From an uncultured Eubacteriales bacterium (GTDB lineage: Bacteria; Bacillota; Clostridia; Oscillospirales; CAG-272): 64,000 nucleotides of DNA. This document shows, in pieces, positions 1 through 9,385 of this stretch. The notes beneath the pieces are model-generated. The model was not told where the DNA came from. It did not search any database and saw nothing but the letters and a program-made list of their open reading frames with translations. Both the position numbers and the translations under genes were made by a program. The stretch is from assembly GCA_934486825.1 (NCBI GenBank), contig CAKSQF010000012.1, positions 14,751 to 78,750 on the forward strand, written 5' to 3'. Position 1 is the stretch's first letter. Each line of letters opens with the position of its first letter.

Positions 1-248
1 GTTTCGGTTTTTCTGCATTCCATGTGTTTCTCTCCCTCATTTTTATTTACCGCAGAGGCGGCATCGGCCGAAGATCATTCCACTTTTCGATCTCCGATTT
101 CAGTATATACCATTATCAGGGAATAATTGTTAACTCATTGTAAATTATTAACAAGATATTCAATGTTTTTTCAAATTATATAACCGTTATGCACCACAAA
201 AAAGCTTTCTCCGATCGTCCGACCGCTTTTTTCGGCGTCTTCTGACGT

Positions 249-276
249 TTTACATTGATTTTACATTGATTTGTCA
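249..276 (+). promoter_or_regulatory. Pho-box-like phased hexamers (TTTACA N5 TTTACA N5 TTGTCA)
   Basis: Hexamers at 249-254, 260-265 and 271-276 have exact 11-bp phasing. They resemble the TT(A/T/C)ACA direct repeats bound by Firmicute PhoP. A TAAAAT -10-like hexamer lies at 309-314, and the site sits in front of pstS. Confidence 0.5.
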
Positions 277-350
277 AAAGAGTGATAGCAGTCCTCTGCC
301 CGTTTTGCTAAAATAAAGCCGTGCAAAGAAAAAACAAAAGAAAAAAAGAT

Positions 351-430
351 AACTGCCGCGGGATGCGGCAGAACGCGGCAGAATGCCGCAGAACGCGGCT
401 GAACGCCGCAGAACGCGGCTGAACGCCGCA
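351..430 (+). repeat. Eight tandem 10-bp GC-rich units (approx GAACGCSGCW); last 40 bp are two exact copies of GAACGCGGCTGAACGCCGCA
   Basis: Read directly: units start at 351, 361, 371 ... 421. The array ends immediately before the GGGAGG RBS (431-436) of pstS. The alternating GCGGC/GCCGC cores are reverse complements of each other. Confidence 0.9.
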
Positions 431-444
431 GGGAGGAAAAAACA

Positions 445-1323
445 ATGAAAAAAACAATTACGAAAATCATAAGCATTGCGCTTGTGGCGGCGACTGCCGC
501 GCTGTCGTTTACCGGATGCGGCAAAGCGGGCGGCTTTGATCAAAGCAAAAACATCAGTGTTGTCGCACGTGAGGACGGAAGCGGAACAAAGTCGGCGTTC
601 ATGGAAATCATCGGACTCAAGGGCAAGTCGGACATCAGCGGCATCATCGTTGCGGCAAGCACCGCGGCAGTACTTAACGAGGTCAAGGGCAATCCGCTTG
701 CGATCGCATACGAAAGCCTCGGATATGTCACCGACGACGTAAAGATGCTCAAGGTCAACGGAGTTGCGCCTACCGTCGAAAACATCAAGAACGGCAGCTA
801 CAAGATCGCAAGACCGCTGAACATAGTCTTCAAGGAAGACACGGTAAAGGACGGCATCAACAAAGCGTTTTACGAATTTCTGCAGAGCAGCGACGCACAG
901 ACGATAATCAGTGCCGAGGGTTATGTCTCGACCAAAGAGGGTGCGGTCGAATACAAGATTCAGTCGGGACTTTCGGGCGAGATCGGCGTCTCGGGCAGCA
1001 CATCACTCCAGCCTCTGATGCTCAAGCTTGCCGCAAAGTTCATGGAACTTCAGAAGGATGTCAAGGTATCGGTATCGGGCGGCGGAAGCGGCACCGGCTA
1101 CAAGAACGCGGAAGGCGGCGTCAGCAACTTCGGCATGATCTCCGAAAGCTTCAACATTGAAAAGGCTCCCGGATGCACATACTACGAAGTGGCAAAGGAC
1201 GGCATCGCAATCATTGTCAACAAGTCAAACACCTTTGACGACATCTCGACCGACACGCTGAAGAAGATATACGATGTCGATGCGGGCGACGATGCGGTAA
1301 AGGTATGGAATCAGGTAAAGTAA
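445..1323 (+). CDS. pstS: Phosphate ABC transporter substrate-binding lipoprotein PstS
   Basis: 292 aa with a lipoprotein-type signal (LSFTGCGK). PBP motifs SGSTSLQPL and GGGSGTGY are present. RBS GGGAGG lies 8 nt upstream, and it is the first gene of the pstCAB block. Confidence 0.85.
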   Translation: MKKTITKIISIALVAATAALSFTGCGKAGGFDQSKNISVVAREDGSGTKSAFMEIIGLKGKSDISGIIVAASTAAVLNEVKGNPLAIAYESLGYVTDDVKMLKVNGVAPTVENIKNGSYKIARPLNIVFKEDTVKDGINKAFYEFLQSSDAQTIISAEGYVSTKEGAVEYKIQSGLSGEIGVSGSTSLQPLMLKLAAKFMELQKDVKVSVSGGGSGTGYKNAEGGVSNFGMISESFNIEKAPGCTYYEVAKDGIAIIVNKSNTFDDISTDTLKKIYDVDAGDDAVKVWNQVK

Positions 1324-1324
1324 T

Positions 1325-2239
1325 ATGAGATCCGCTTACCGTTTCATCAATTCAAGAGAAAAGATCATGAAGGGCGTATTCCTTGCGAGTGCGCTCTTCT
1401 CGGTCGTTGCGCTTGCAACAATCACGGTCTTCCTGCTTATGAACGGTGTACCGTTCATTGCAAAGACCGGGTTCGGCAACTTCATTTTCGGCACGAAATG
1501 GGCACCGATCGCCGATTCGCCCGCTTACGGCATCTTCTCGATGATCGTCGCAAGTCTTTATGTGACCGCACTTTCGGTGCTTTTCGGGGTCGGAGTCGGA
1601 CTTTTCACGGCGGTCTGTCTTTACAAGTTCTGTCCGAAGAAGCTCGCCGCCTTTATCAGGCAGACGGTCAATCTGCTTGCGGGCATCCCGTCGGTCATAT
1701 TCGGACTGTTCGGTATGACCGTGATAGTCCCCTTCATCAGGGATTACATATCCCCGACCGGGGTCGGCTACGGCATCCTTTCATCCTCGATAGTGCTCGG
1801 CATAATGGTACTGCCGACGATCGTGAGCGTCAGTCTTGACGCCATGAACGCGGTTCCGGGGAGCTATTTTGAAGGAGCGCTTGCACTCGGTGCGACGAAG
1901 GAGGAGGCGACCTTCAAGGTAATGCTTCCCGCGGCGAAAAGCGGCATACTTGCGGGTGTAGTGCTTGCAATCGGACGTGCGATCGGCGAGACAATGGCGG
2001 TCATCATGGTGATCGGCGGCTCTGCCGAAATGCCGAGAAGTCTGTTCCAGAGTGTGCGGACGCTTACCGCAAACATCGCCATGGGTGCTACCGAGATCAA
2101 AGGCGAAGCCGAATATGCGCTGATTGCCACCGGAGTCGTGCTCTTTGTATTCACTCTTCTGCTCAACGTAAGTTTCTCGCTCCTGAAGCGCGACGGCGAC
2201 GGCAAAGTCAAGAAGAAGGCGAGGACGGGCAAAAAATGA
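1325..2239 (+). CDS. pstC: Phosphate ABC transporter permease PstC
   Basis: 304 aa multi-TM permease with an EAA-type loop (ALALGATKEEATFKVMLPAA). Positioned between pstS and pstA. Confidence 0.85.
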   Translation: MRSAYRFINSREKIMKGVFLASALFSVVALATITVFLLMNGVPFIAKTGFGNFIFGTKWAPIADSPAYGIFSMIVASLYVTALSVLFGVGVGLFTAVCLYKFCPKKLAAFIRQTVNLLAGIPSVIFGLFGMTVIVPFIRDYISPTGVGYGILSSSIVLGIMVLPTIVSVSLDAMNAVPGSYFEGALALGATKEEATFKVMLPAAKSGILAGVVLAIGRAIGETMAVIMVIGGSAEMPRSLFQSVRTLTANIAMGATEIKGEAEYALIATGVVLFVFTLLLNVSFSLLKRDGDGKVKKKARTGKK

Positions 2240-3084
2240 AAAAAGGCAACCGCAACACGGGGCGTGTCTTTTACACTGCCCTGCGCATACTGAGCATATT
2301 TATGACGGTCATATCTGTCATATCGCTTTTTACCATTATTATATATCTGCTGATAAACGGATGCGACAAGCTTTCATGGCAGCTCCTTTTCGGAAAATAC
2401 GGTGACAAGCCGTCCATCCTTCCCGCATTCATCGGCACGCTTTATCTTGTCGTCACAGCGATGCTCATCGCCGTCCCGATCGGGATATTTACAGCCGTCT
2501 ACCTTGTCGAATACATGAACAACAAAGGCAAAACGGTAAAGATCATCCGCATTGCCGCCGAAACGCTCGCGGGAATCCCGAGCATAGTCTACGGTCTGTT
2601 CGGATATCTTGTGTTTGTCGTCACTCTCGGATGGGGCTATTCACTGCTCGGCGGCGGCATTACGCTCGCCATAATGATACTTCCGGTTATCGTCAGATCG
2701 ACCGAGGAAAGTCTGCTTGCCGTCCCCGACAGCTACCGCGAGGGTTCGCTCGCACTCGGTGCGGGCAAGGTCCGCACGGTATTCAGCGTCGTACTTCCCG
2801 CGGCGGCAAGCGGCATCGTAACATCGGTTATTCTTGCGGTCGGACGTGTCGTCAGCGAGAGCGCGGTACTCATTCTGACGATCGGAATGGTGGTCAACAA
2901 TCTTCCCGAAACAATAATGAGTCAGGGCACAAGCCTCGCGCTCGACATATACTATTTCGCAAGCAACGGCTATCCGGATGAGGCATCCGCGACATCGGTA
3001 GTCCTTCTCGCGGTGGTTCTGCTCCTCAATGCCGCGGCAAACGGAATCGGCAAATTACTGAAAAAGAAGACAGGAGAAACATAA
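2236..3084 (+). CDS. pstA: Phosphate ABC transporter permease PstA
   Basis: 282 aa TM permease with loop [26 protein letters not shown] overlap with pstC. Confidence 0.85.
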   Translation: MKKGNRNTGRVFYTALRILSIFMTVISVISLFTIIIYLLINGCDKLSWQLLFGKYGDKPSILPAFIGTLYLVVTAMLIAVPIGIFTAVYLVEYMNNKGKTVKIIRIAAETLAGIPSIVYGLFGYLVFVVTLGWGYSLLGGGITLAIMILPVIVRSTEESLLAVPDSYREGSLALGAGKVRTVFSVVLPAAASGIVTSVILAVGRVVSESAVLILTIGMVVNNLPETIMSQGTSLALDIYYFASNGYPDEASATSVVLLAVVLLLNAAANGIGKLLKKKTGET

Positions 3085-3854
3085 TGCAACAATTCAACGA
3101 TAAAATGGATATTTCGGTAAAAGACTGCCGGCTGTGGTACAATGATTTTCAGGCGCTAAAGGGAATCAACATGGAAATAAGCGAAAAAGAAATCACCGCC
3201 TTCATCGGTCCCTCCGGCTGCGGAAAGAGCACCTTTCTGAAAACGCTCAACCGCATGAACGATCTTGTCGACGGCTGTCGCATCGAAGGCAGCTTCATCA
3301 TCGGCGGGATCGACATATACGCAAAGGACACCGACGTGAATCTGCTGCGGAAAAAGGTCGGCATGGTCTTTCAGAAGCCGAATCCCTTCCCGATGAGCAT
3401 ATACGACAACATCGCCTTCGCACCGAGAACCTTCGGTACAAAAAGCAAATCGGTACTTGACGGAATCGTCGAAACCAGTCTGCGACGCGCCGGCATATGG
3501 GACGAGGTGAAGGACAGACTCAAAAAGAGTGCGCTCGGCATATCGGGCGGACAGCAGCAGCGTCTCTGCATCGCGCGCGCACTTGCCGCCGATCCGAGCA
3601 TACTGCTTATGGACGAGCCGACCTCCGCGCTCGACCCGATTTCGACCGGCAAGGTTGAGGATCTTATGACCGAGCTGAAAAAAGAACTTACGATAGTCAT
3701 CGTGACCCACAACATGCAGCAGGCAACGCGCATTGCCGATAAAACCGCCTTTTTCTACCTCGGCGAGCTTATCGAATACGACAGAACCGAAAAGCTCTTC
3801 TCCTGCCCGTCCGACAAGCGTACCGAAAATTATATTACCGGCCGTTTCGGATAA
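3084..3854 (+). CDS. pstB: Phosphate ABC transporter ATPase PstB
   Basis: 256 aa with Walker [10 protein letters not shown], signature LSGGQQQRL and Walker [21 protein letters not shown]. Confidence 0.9.
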   Translation: MQQFNDKMDISVKDCRLWYNDFQALKGINMEISEKEITAFIGPSGCGKSTFLKTLNRMNDLVDGCRIEGSFIIGGIDIYAKDTDVNLLRKKVGMVFQKPNPFPMSIYDNIAFAPRTFGTKSKSVLDGIVETSLRRAGIWDEVKDRLKKSALGISGGQQQRLCIARALAADPSILLMDEPTSALDPISTGKVEDLMTELKKELTIVIVTHNMQQATRIADKTAFFYLGELIEYDRTEKLFSCPSDKRTENYITGRFG

Positions 3855-3895
3855 AACGCAAAAAATAATTGACAAATGAAAGGGTTTATTGTATC

Positions 3896-4549
3896 ATGAG
3901 TATAAGAAACAAATACGAAGATGAACTCATGCAGGTTTCGGGAAAGCTGATAAAAATGTGCCGTGCCACCGAGCTTGCGATCGAAAATTCGATAAAGGCG
4001 CTGGTCAACCGCGACAACGAAATGTCAAAAGAGGTAATCGCCGAGGACAAGACGATCGACAACATGGAGCACGACATTGAGCAGGACTGCCTGAAGATAC
4101 TGCTCATGGAGCACCCGGTGGCGGGCGACTTCCGCGATGTGAGCGCCGCTCTCAAAATGATAACCGATCTTGAGCGGATTGCCGATCAGGCTGCCGACAT
4201 CTCGGAGATCGCGCTCTCGTTCGGAGACGAAGAGTTCATCAAGGAACCGGAGCACATATCGCTCATGGCAAAGCTTGCAATCGGCATGGTAAAGGACGGT
4301 GTCCAGAGCTATATAAACCGTGATCTGGAGCTTGCGCTTTCGCTTGACCGCCGTGACGACCGCGTCGATATGCTTTTCGAAACGGTCAAGAACGATCTTG
4401 TCGAGCTTATAAAGCAGTCGGCAAAGAACGCCGATCAGGCGATACTTTTCATGATGATCGCCAAATATCTGGAGCGGATTGCCGATCACGCCGTCAACAT
4501 CGGCGAATGGGTGGAATATGCGGTCACCGGAAATCACAAAATAGGATAA
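3896..4549 (+). CDS. phoU: Phosphate signalling regulator PhoU
   Basis: The ORF runs 3869-4549; the ATG at 3896 (MSIRNKYEDEL) is preferred. Two PhoU repeats carry DLERIADQAADI and YLERIADHAVNI motifs. Confidence 0.85.
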   Translation: MSIRNKYEDELMQVSGKLIKMCRATELAIENSIKALVNRDNEMSKEVIAEDKTIDNMEHDIEQDCLKILLMEHPVAGDFRDVSAALKMITDLERIADQAADISEIALSFGDEEFIKEPEHISLMAKLAIGMVKDGVQSYINRDLELALSLDRRDDRVDMLFETVKNDLVELIKQSAKNADQAILFMMIAKYLERIADHAVNIGEWVEYAVTGNHKIG

Positions 4550-4570
4550 AACAAAAAGGAGTTTACCCCT

Positions 4571-5254
4571 ATGGCGGAAAAACAACTTATCTATGCGGTT
4601 GATGACGAGGACGGGATACGGGATCTGTATTACTGCGTCCTTGAAAGCGCGGGCTTTGAGCCTGTCTGCTTTGCCGACGGCGACATGCTTTTCGATGCGC
4701 TCTCCGACAAGGAAAAAAGGATGCCGTCGCTGATTCTTCTTGACATAATGCTTGCCGGCACCGACGGATTCGAAATTCTCGCAAAGCTGAGACGCACCTC
4801 CTCCACAAAGAACATTCCGGTAATCATGGTTTCCGCCAAGGGAGAGGAAATAAGCAAGGTCAGGGGACTAAATCTCGGCGCGGACGATTACATATCGAAG
4901 CCGTTCGGGGTACTTGAACTTATTGCGCGCATAAACGCAAATCTCAGGCGGACAACCGCGGCGGACAGCCTGCTTGTCTGCGGGGACATCGAGCTTGACG
5001 ACGGCAGACACGAGGTCAGGGCAAACGGAAGAGAGGTCACGCTGACGCTGAAGGAGTACGAGCTGCTCAAGCTGCTCATGAAGCGCTCGCCCGACATAGT
5101 TCCGCGCGGCGAGATCCTCGGCACGGTCTGGGGTGACGATTACATCGGAGAAACGCGCACGCTTGACATACACATAGGCACGCTGAGAAAAAAACTCGGC
5201 GAAACAAAGGCACAGATCAGTACGGTACGAGGGGTAGGGTATATTCTGAAATGA
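4571..5254 (+). CDS. OmpR-family response regulator (PhoP/PhoB-like by context)
   Basis: 227 aa. The receiver domain (LLDIMLAGTDG) is followed by a winged-helix C-terminus (TRTLDIHIGTLRKKL, VRGVGYIL). AGGAG RBS; directly follows phoU. Confidence 0.85.
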   Translation: MAEKQLIYAVDDEDGIRDLYYCVLESAGFEPVCFADGDMLFDALSDKEKRMPSLILLDIMLAGTDGFEILAKLRRTSSTKNIPVIMVSAKGEEISKVRGLNLGADDYISKPFGVLELIARINANLRRTTAADSLLVCGDIELDDGRHEVRANGREVTLTLKEYELLKLLMKRSPDIVPRGEILGTVWGDDYIGETRTLDIHIGTLRKKLGETKAQISTVRGVGYILK

Positions 5255-6945
5255 AAAAGAAAATAGTGATTCTTAATCTGCTGATCGTAATAGTCGCTCT
5301 TATCATGATGTTCGGACTCGGCATCATAGTCACGCGGAGCAATCATTACGAAATGGCAAGGCAGAAAATAACAGAGCTTACCGAAATATATGCAAACAAT
5401 TACAGTCCGGACGAAAGGTTCACCGAAAAGATTGACAGCGACATACGTGTCACGGTTATAGATTCGGACGGTCGGGTCATCGCGGACAGCGAACAGATCA
5501 ATCTTTCGGGCATGGAAAATCATCTCGGCAGAGAAGAAATAATTGCCGCAGCCGAAGGAAAAATGACGATTGTCACACGCCAGAGCGACTCGGTCAATCA
5601 GGACATGATGTACTGCGCAAAGCGCATCGAATACGGAGGAAGTCACCTTTTCGTGCGTGTTGCGATTCCGATCGAAAGCGTAAACTCATACATAGTCAAA
5701 AGCGTCGTGCCGATGATATTCATAATGATATTCGCGCTTTCCTGCTCGCTTTTTGCAAGCATCTTCTTTGTCGGCGGTCTCATGAAGCCGCTCCGGAAGG
5801 TAAGAAGCTGCCTTGTCGGACTGAGTACCGGAGAAGATTATTCGCCGGTTCCGCCGATGACCGATGACGATGACGTAAACAAGCTGCTTGCCGAAATAAA
5901 CGAGATCGGCGTCAGACTGCATGACAGTATTGACGAGACAAAGCATGAAAAGGAAAAGCTCGGCTACATTCTCGACAACATCTCGGACGGTATCGTGGTA
6001 GCCGACAGCTCGCTTGACATTGTAATCACAAACCGCGTTGCGAAAAACATATTCGGGGTGAACGACAGCGTCGGCAGACACGTCGATATACTCACGTCAA
6101 GCGGCGACTATCTTTCGGCAATGTCCGAATGTGCAAAGGGCAAAAACGAAAGCATATTCCAGATGCAGTCGGACGACAGATGGTATCTCTGCACGGTCAG
6201 GCACACCGACAGCGATTTTGTGATATCCGTCCTCTCGGACATCACCGCAAGCAAGACGGGCGAGAATCTCCGCCTTGAATTTTTCGCAAACGCATCGCAT
6301 GAGCTGAAAACTCCGCTTACGACAATCAAGGGCTTCAACGATATGATCTCACTCAAGGCGGACAGCGAGATAAAGGACTATTCGGACCGGATCGACAAGG
6401 AAGTCACACGCATGACAAACCTTATCGACGACATGCTCGGACTGAGCAGGCTTGAAAACTCAAGCGAAAAACAGCTTATGCCGACCGAGCTTTCGCTGAA
6501 CCGGATTGCATGCGATGTAATAGACGGGCTGAGCGTGCTTGCCGGTCAGAAGAAGGTATCTGTCAGCATCGAAGGAGACGCGACCGTTTATGCCGAACGC
6601 GAACACATGTATGAGCTTATAAAGAATCTTGCCGAAAACGCGATCCGCTACAACAACGACGGCGGCAGGGTCGATATTCTGCTTGCCGACAAAAAGGAAG
6701 GTGCCGAACTTACGGTATCCGACAACGGCATCGGCATAGACAACGAGCACCAGAGCCGCATATTCGAACGCTTCTACCGCGTTGACAAGTCGCGCTCGCG
6801 CTCGACCGGCGGAACCGGTCTCGGTCTTGCGATAGTAAAGCACATCTGCGAGCTTTATCATGCGCGCATTACGCTGAAATCCAAACTCGGAGTCGGAACC
6901 ACTGTAACCATTCTCTTTCCCGACAGAGTAAAAGGAACAAAATAA
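5251..6945 (+). CDS. Sensor histidine kinase (PhoR-like by context)
   Basis: 564 aa with N-terminal TM segments, H-box FFANASHELKTPLT, and ATP-lid motifs DNGIGI and GGTGLGLAIV. ATGA overlap with the regulator. Confidence 0.85.
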   Translation: MKKKIVILNLLIVIVALIMMFGLGIIVTRSNHYEMARQKITELTEIYANNYSPDERFTEKIDSDIRVTVIDSDGRVIADSEQINLSGMENHLGREEIIAAAEGKMTIVTRQSDSVNQDMMYCAKRIEYGGSHLFVRVAIPIESVNSYIVKSVVPMIFIMIFALSCSLFASIFFVGGLMKPLRKVRSCLVGLSTGEDYSPVPPMTDDDDVNKLLAEINEIGVRLHDSIDETKHEKEKLGYILDNISDGIVVADSSLDIVITNRVAKNIFGVNDSVGRHVDILTSSGDYLSAMSECAKGKNESIFQMQSDDRWYLCTVRHTDSDFVISVLSDITASKTGENLRLEFFANASHELKTPLTTIKGFNDMISLKADSEIKDYSDRIDKEVTRMTNLIDDMLGLSRLENSSEKQLMPTELSLNRIACDVIDGLSVLAGQKKVSVSIEGDATVYAEREHMYELIKNLAENAIRYNNDGGRVDILLADKKEGAELTVSDNGIGIDNEHQSRIFERFYRVDKSRSRSTGGTGLGLAIVKHICELYHARITLKSKLGVGTTVTILFPDRVKGTK

Positions 6946-6954
6946 CATCTTATG

Positions 6955-6985
6955 TGACCGACCGCATGGTCGGTCATATTTTTTT
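6955..6985 (+). terminator. Rho-independent terminator after the kinase gene
   Basis: TGACCGACC-GCAT-GGTCGGTCA hairpin followed by a T7 run. Confidence 0.8.
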
Positions 6986-6995
6986 GCGCGGTCTA

Positions 6996-7024
6996 TTGAC
7001 AAAGCACTCACGGTCGGTTATAAT
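6996..7024 (+). promoter_or_regulatory. Sigma-A type promoter for the GH42 gene
   Basis: TTGACA(6996-7001)-17 bp-TATAAT(7019-7024). This leaves a leader of about 130 nt. Confidence 0.6.
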
Positions 7025-7158
7025 GAGTCAAAAACAAACCGCAGGAGAAAAAATCCGGAATCGGGGGCGGACTTGCACTCAAACCGTTTCCGGACTCCGC
7101 TTGTGCTTTTCAAAAAGCACATATATTCACATATATTAAGGAAGGAAAGGTCATAAAC

Positions 7159-9123
7159 ATGAAAAAACCGTTTCTCGGATGTGCGTACTATCCCGAAGAC
7201 TGGGATGAAGATCAGATCGATTTCGACATATCCATGATGAAGAAGGCAGGTATCACCTGCGCGCGCATTGCCGAATTTGCATGGCGAAAAATGGAGCCGA
7301 GCCGCGGACATTACGATTTCGGCTGGCTGCACAATGTGGTGGACAAGCTCGCCGCCGCCGACATTTCGGTCGTTATGGGCACACCGACAGCCTGCCCGCC
7401 GATATGGCTCATAAAGGAATATCCCGACGTCGCGGAGCTCGGACCGAACGGGGTAAGAAAAAGTCACGGCGGCAGACGTCACTGCTGCTCGAACAATCCG
7501 CACTATCTCGAAGCGTCCGACGCGATAGTCACCGCTCTCGCAAAGGAATTCGGAAGCGATCCGAACATCATCGGATGGCAGATCGACAACGAAATCTATT
7601 CATGGGGTACCGGGTGCGTTTGCGGGCACTGCATCGACCGCTTTCACAAGGCGCTCGAAAAGAAGTACGGCAGCATTGAAAATCTCAACGCGCGCTGGAA
7701 TCTGAATCTGTTCAGTCAGGCGTACGACAGCTTCGATGAAATCCCGGCTGCGGTCAACGCATGGCACAATCCCCACATACGCATGGAATGGATTGTTTCG
7801 AACCGCGAGGCTCAGATCGATTTCGTACACCGTCAGGCGGCGATCCTCAGAAAGTACACCAAGGCTCCCATCGGCACCGACATGATGCCGGTGAACGGAG
7901 AGGATTACGAAAAAATGAACGAATGTCTCGACATCGCAATGTTCAATCATTACAACGAGCCGTCGAATCTCCCGGGTCTTCCCTTCTGGTACAACTTCAT
8001 CCGCACGGTCAGGGACACTCCCTTCTGGAACACCGAAACGGCTACAACATGGAACGGCAGTGAGGCGATCACTCAGTTCCTGAAGCCGGAGGGCTTCTGC
8101 CGTGTAAACAGCTGGATACCGATCGCGCTCGGCGGCGAGGCAAACATGTACTGGCTCTGGAGACAGCACTGGGCGGGTCACGAGCTTATACACGGGGCGG
8201 TTCTCTACCCCGACGGCAAGCCGATGCACACCTTCGGAGAGATACGGCAGACAGCCGCCGAATTTGAAAAGGCGTCCGATTTCATCACATCGACAAAGGT
8301 TGACACCGAGGTTGCGATACAGTTTACATCAAAGAACTGGAACATGTTCGAATGTCAGTCGGTCATCGCAAACTACGGCTACCTTGACGGTCCGAGCGAC
8401 ACCATGCATGCGCTGACTCCTCTCGGCGTCTGCCCGGACATCATAGGTGCACGCGCTCCGCTTGACAAATACAAGGTCCTCTTCTCAAGGAGCATGCTTA
8501 CCCTTGAGGACGGCGACATGCCCGAAAGACTCGAAAAGTGGGTCAGAGACGGCGGAGTCTGGGTGGTCGGTCCGATGACCGACATCCGCGACTCGGTCGG
8601 CGCACATTACAAAAAGAGCGCCACCGGCATGACGGAACGACTGACCGGAGCGGAAATGCTCCACACCATCCCGACCGACGGGAAATATCTCGCGGCGGAA
8701 TGGACAGACGGCTCGGGCGAGCTTAAGTTCGGCAGATGGACCGAGGTTTACAGCGAGGGCGGAAATGTACTTGCGCGGATAACCAAGGGACATTCGGAGC
8801 TTGTCGGAAAGAGCGTTATCGCCTCCTTCGACTGCGGAAAGGGCAAGATCATCCTCTGCGGTGCGATGCTTGACAGAGACGAGCTTACAAAGCTTGCAAA
8901 GCTCGCCCTCGATATGGCAGGCATAAAGCAGAGAAAGGTCGAAGGCAAGCTGACCGTCGTTCCGAGAAAGGGAGACGGCAGGGACGGACTCGTCCTCTGC
9001 GAGCTGGGATATGAAAACGCATCGGTTGAGCTTGACCGTCCGATGACCGACATCCTTACGGGAAAGAGCTATCCCGCCGGCAGACTTTGCGTTGAGCCTT
9101 ACGGGGTATACGTACTCGAATAA
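7159..9123 (+). CDS. GH42 beta-galactosidase
   Basis: 654 aa with the N-terminal GCAYYPEDW motif, IIGWQIDNEIY (acid/base NE) and a length typical of GH42. Confidence 0.85.
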   Translation: MKKPFLGCAYYPEDWDEDQIDFDISMMKKAGITCARIAEFAWRKMEPSRGHYDFGWLHNVVDKLAAADISVVMGTPTACPPIWLIKEYPDVAELGPNGVRKSHGGRRHCCSNNPHYLEASDAIVTALAKEFGSDPNIIGWQIDNEIYSWGTGCVCGHCIDRFHKALEKKYGSIENLNARWNLNLFSQAYDSFDEIPAAVNAWHNPHIRMEWIVSNREAQIDFVHRQAAILRKYTKAPIGTDMMPVNGEDYEKMNECLDIAMFNHYNEPSNLPGLPFWYNFIRTVRDTPFWNTETATTWNGSEAITQFLKPEGFCRVNSWIPIALGGEANMYWLWRQHWAGHELIHGAVLYPDGKPMHTFGEIRQTAAEFEKASDFITSTKVDTEVAIQFTSKNWNMFECQSVIANYGYLDGPSDTMHALTPLGVCPDIIGARAPLDKYKVLFSRSMLTLEDGDMPERLEKWVRDGGVWVVGPMTDIRDSVGAHYKKSATGMTERLTGAEMLHTIPTDGKYLAAEWTDGSGELKFGRWTEVYSEGGNVLARITKGHSELVGKSVIASFDCGKGKIILCGAMLDRDELTKLAKLALDMAGIKQRKVEGKLTVVPRKGDGRDGLVLCELGYENASVELDRPMTDILTGKSYPAGRLCVEPYGVYVLE

Positions 9124-9190
9124 AAGGCGGATATTATCCGCACAGCATATACCGTCGGACGCAGCCGGTCCGTACTTTTGATATCGTTTC

Positions 9191-9230
9191 AGCGCCGTTT
9201 TTGTGCATCATGTACAAAAACGGCGCTTTT
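9191..9230 (+). terminator. Terminator after GH42
   Basis: 14-bp stem AGCGCCGTTTTTGT / ACAAAAACGGCGCT followed by TTT. Confidence 0.7.
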
Positions 9231-9274
9231 GCATTGTCTAATATAGGGAATTTTATCTTTTCGGCTGAAATCGG

Positions 9275-9303
9275 TTGAAAATAATCGGCAGATGGTATAT
9301 AAT
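9275..9303 (+). promoter_or_regulatory. Promoter of the EF-G-like gene
   Basis: TTGAAA-17 bp-TATAAT. Confidence 0.6.
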
Positions 9304-9385
9304 AAACGAAAAGACCTCGTAATTACGCGACAATTTGTGCATCTTTACAACTATCTGAAAAGCCATTGAAAGGGGCGGTAAAACT

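Noticed and set aside
1-23. Possible start of a leftward gene (ATG at 23-21 preceded by GGGAGAG).
   Set aside because: Only 7 codons are visible inside the window, which is too little to support a feature.
127-154. Inverted repeat TTGTTAA-N14-TTAACAA in the AT-rich region upstream of the pst promoter.
   Set aside because: A 7-bp AT-rich inverted repeat is expected by chance in such sequence, and no second copy or obvious cognate regulator was seen.
351-430. Considered whether the 10-bp tandem array could be a mini-CRISPR or could be coding.
   Set aside because: There are no spacers, because the units are contiguous, and both-strand ORFs over it are repeat-generated. It is kept as a non-coding repeat.
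3156-3875. 239-aa minus-strand ORF (plus the 120-aa and 71-aa ORFs nearby).
   Set aside because: Antisense to pstB, which has unambiguous ABC ATPase motifs. No independent signals.
7025-7158. 130-nt leader of the GH42 gene with TCCGGAA...TTCCGGA and GTGCTTTT-C-AAAAGCAC hairpins and an ATATATT direct repeat.
   Set aside because: It has no resemblance to a known riboswitch or antiterminator (RAT/PRD) motif that I can recognise. The hairpins are short, so it is left as an unannotated leader.
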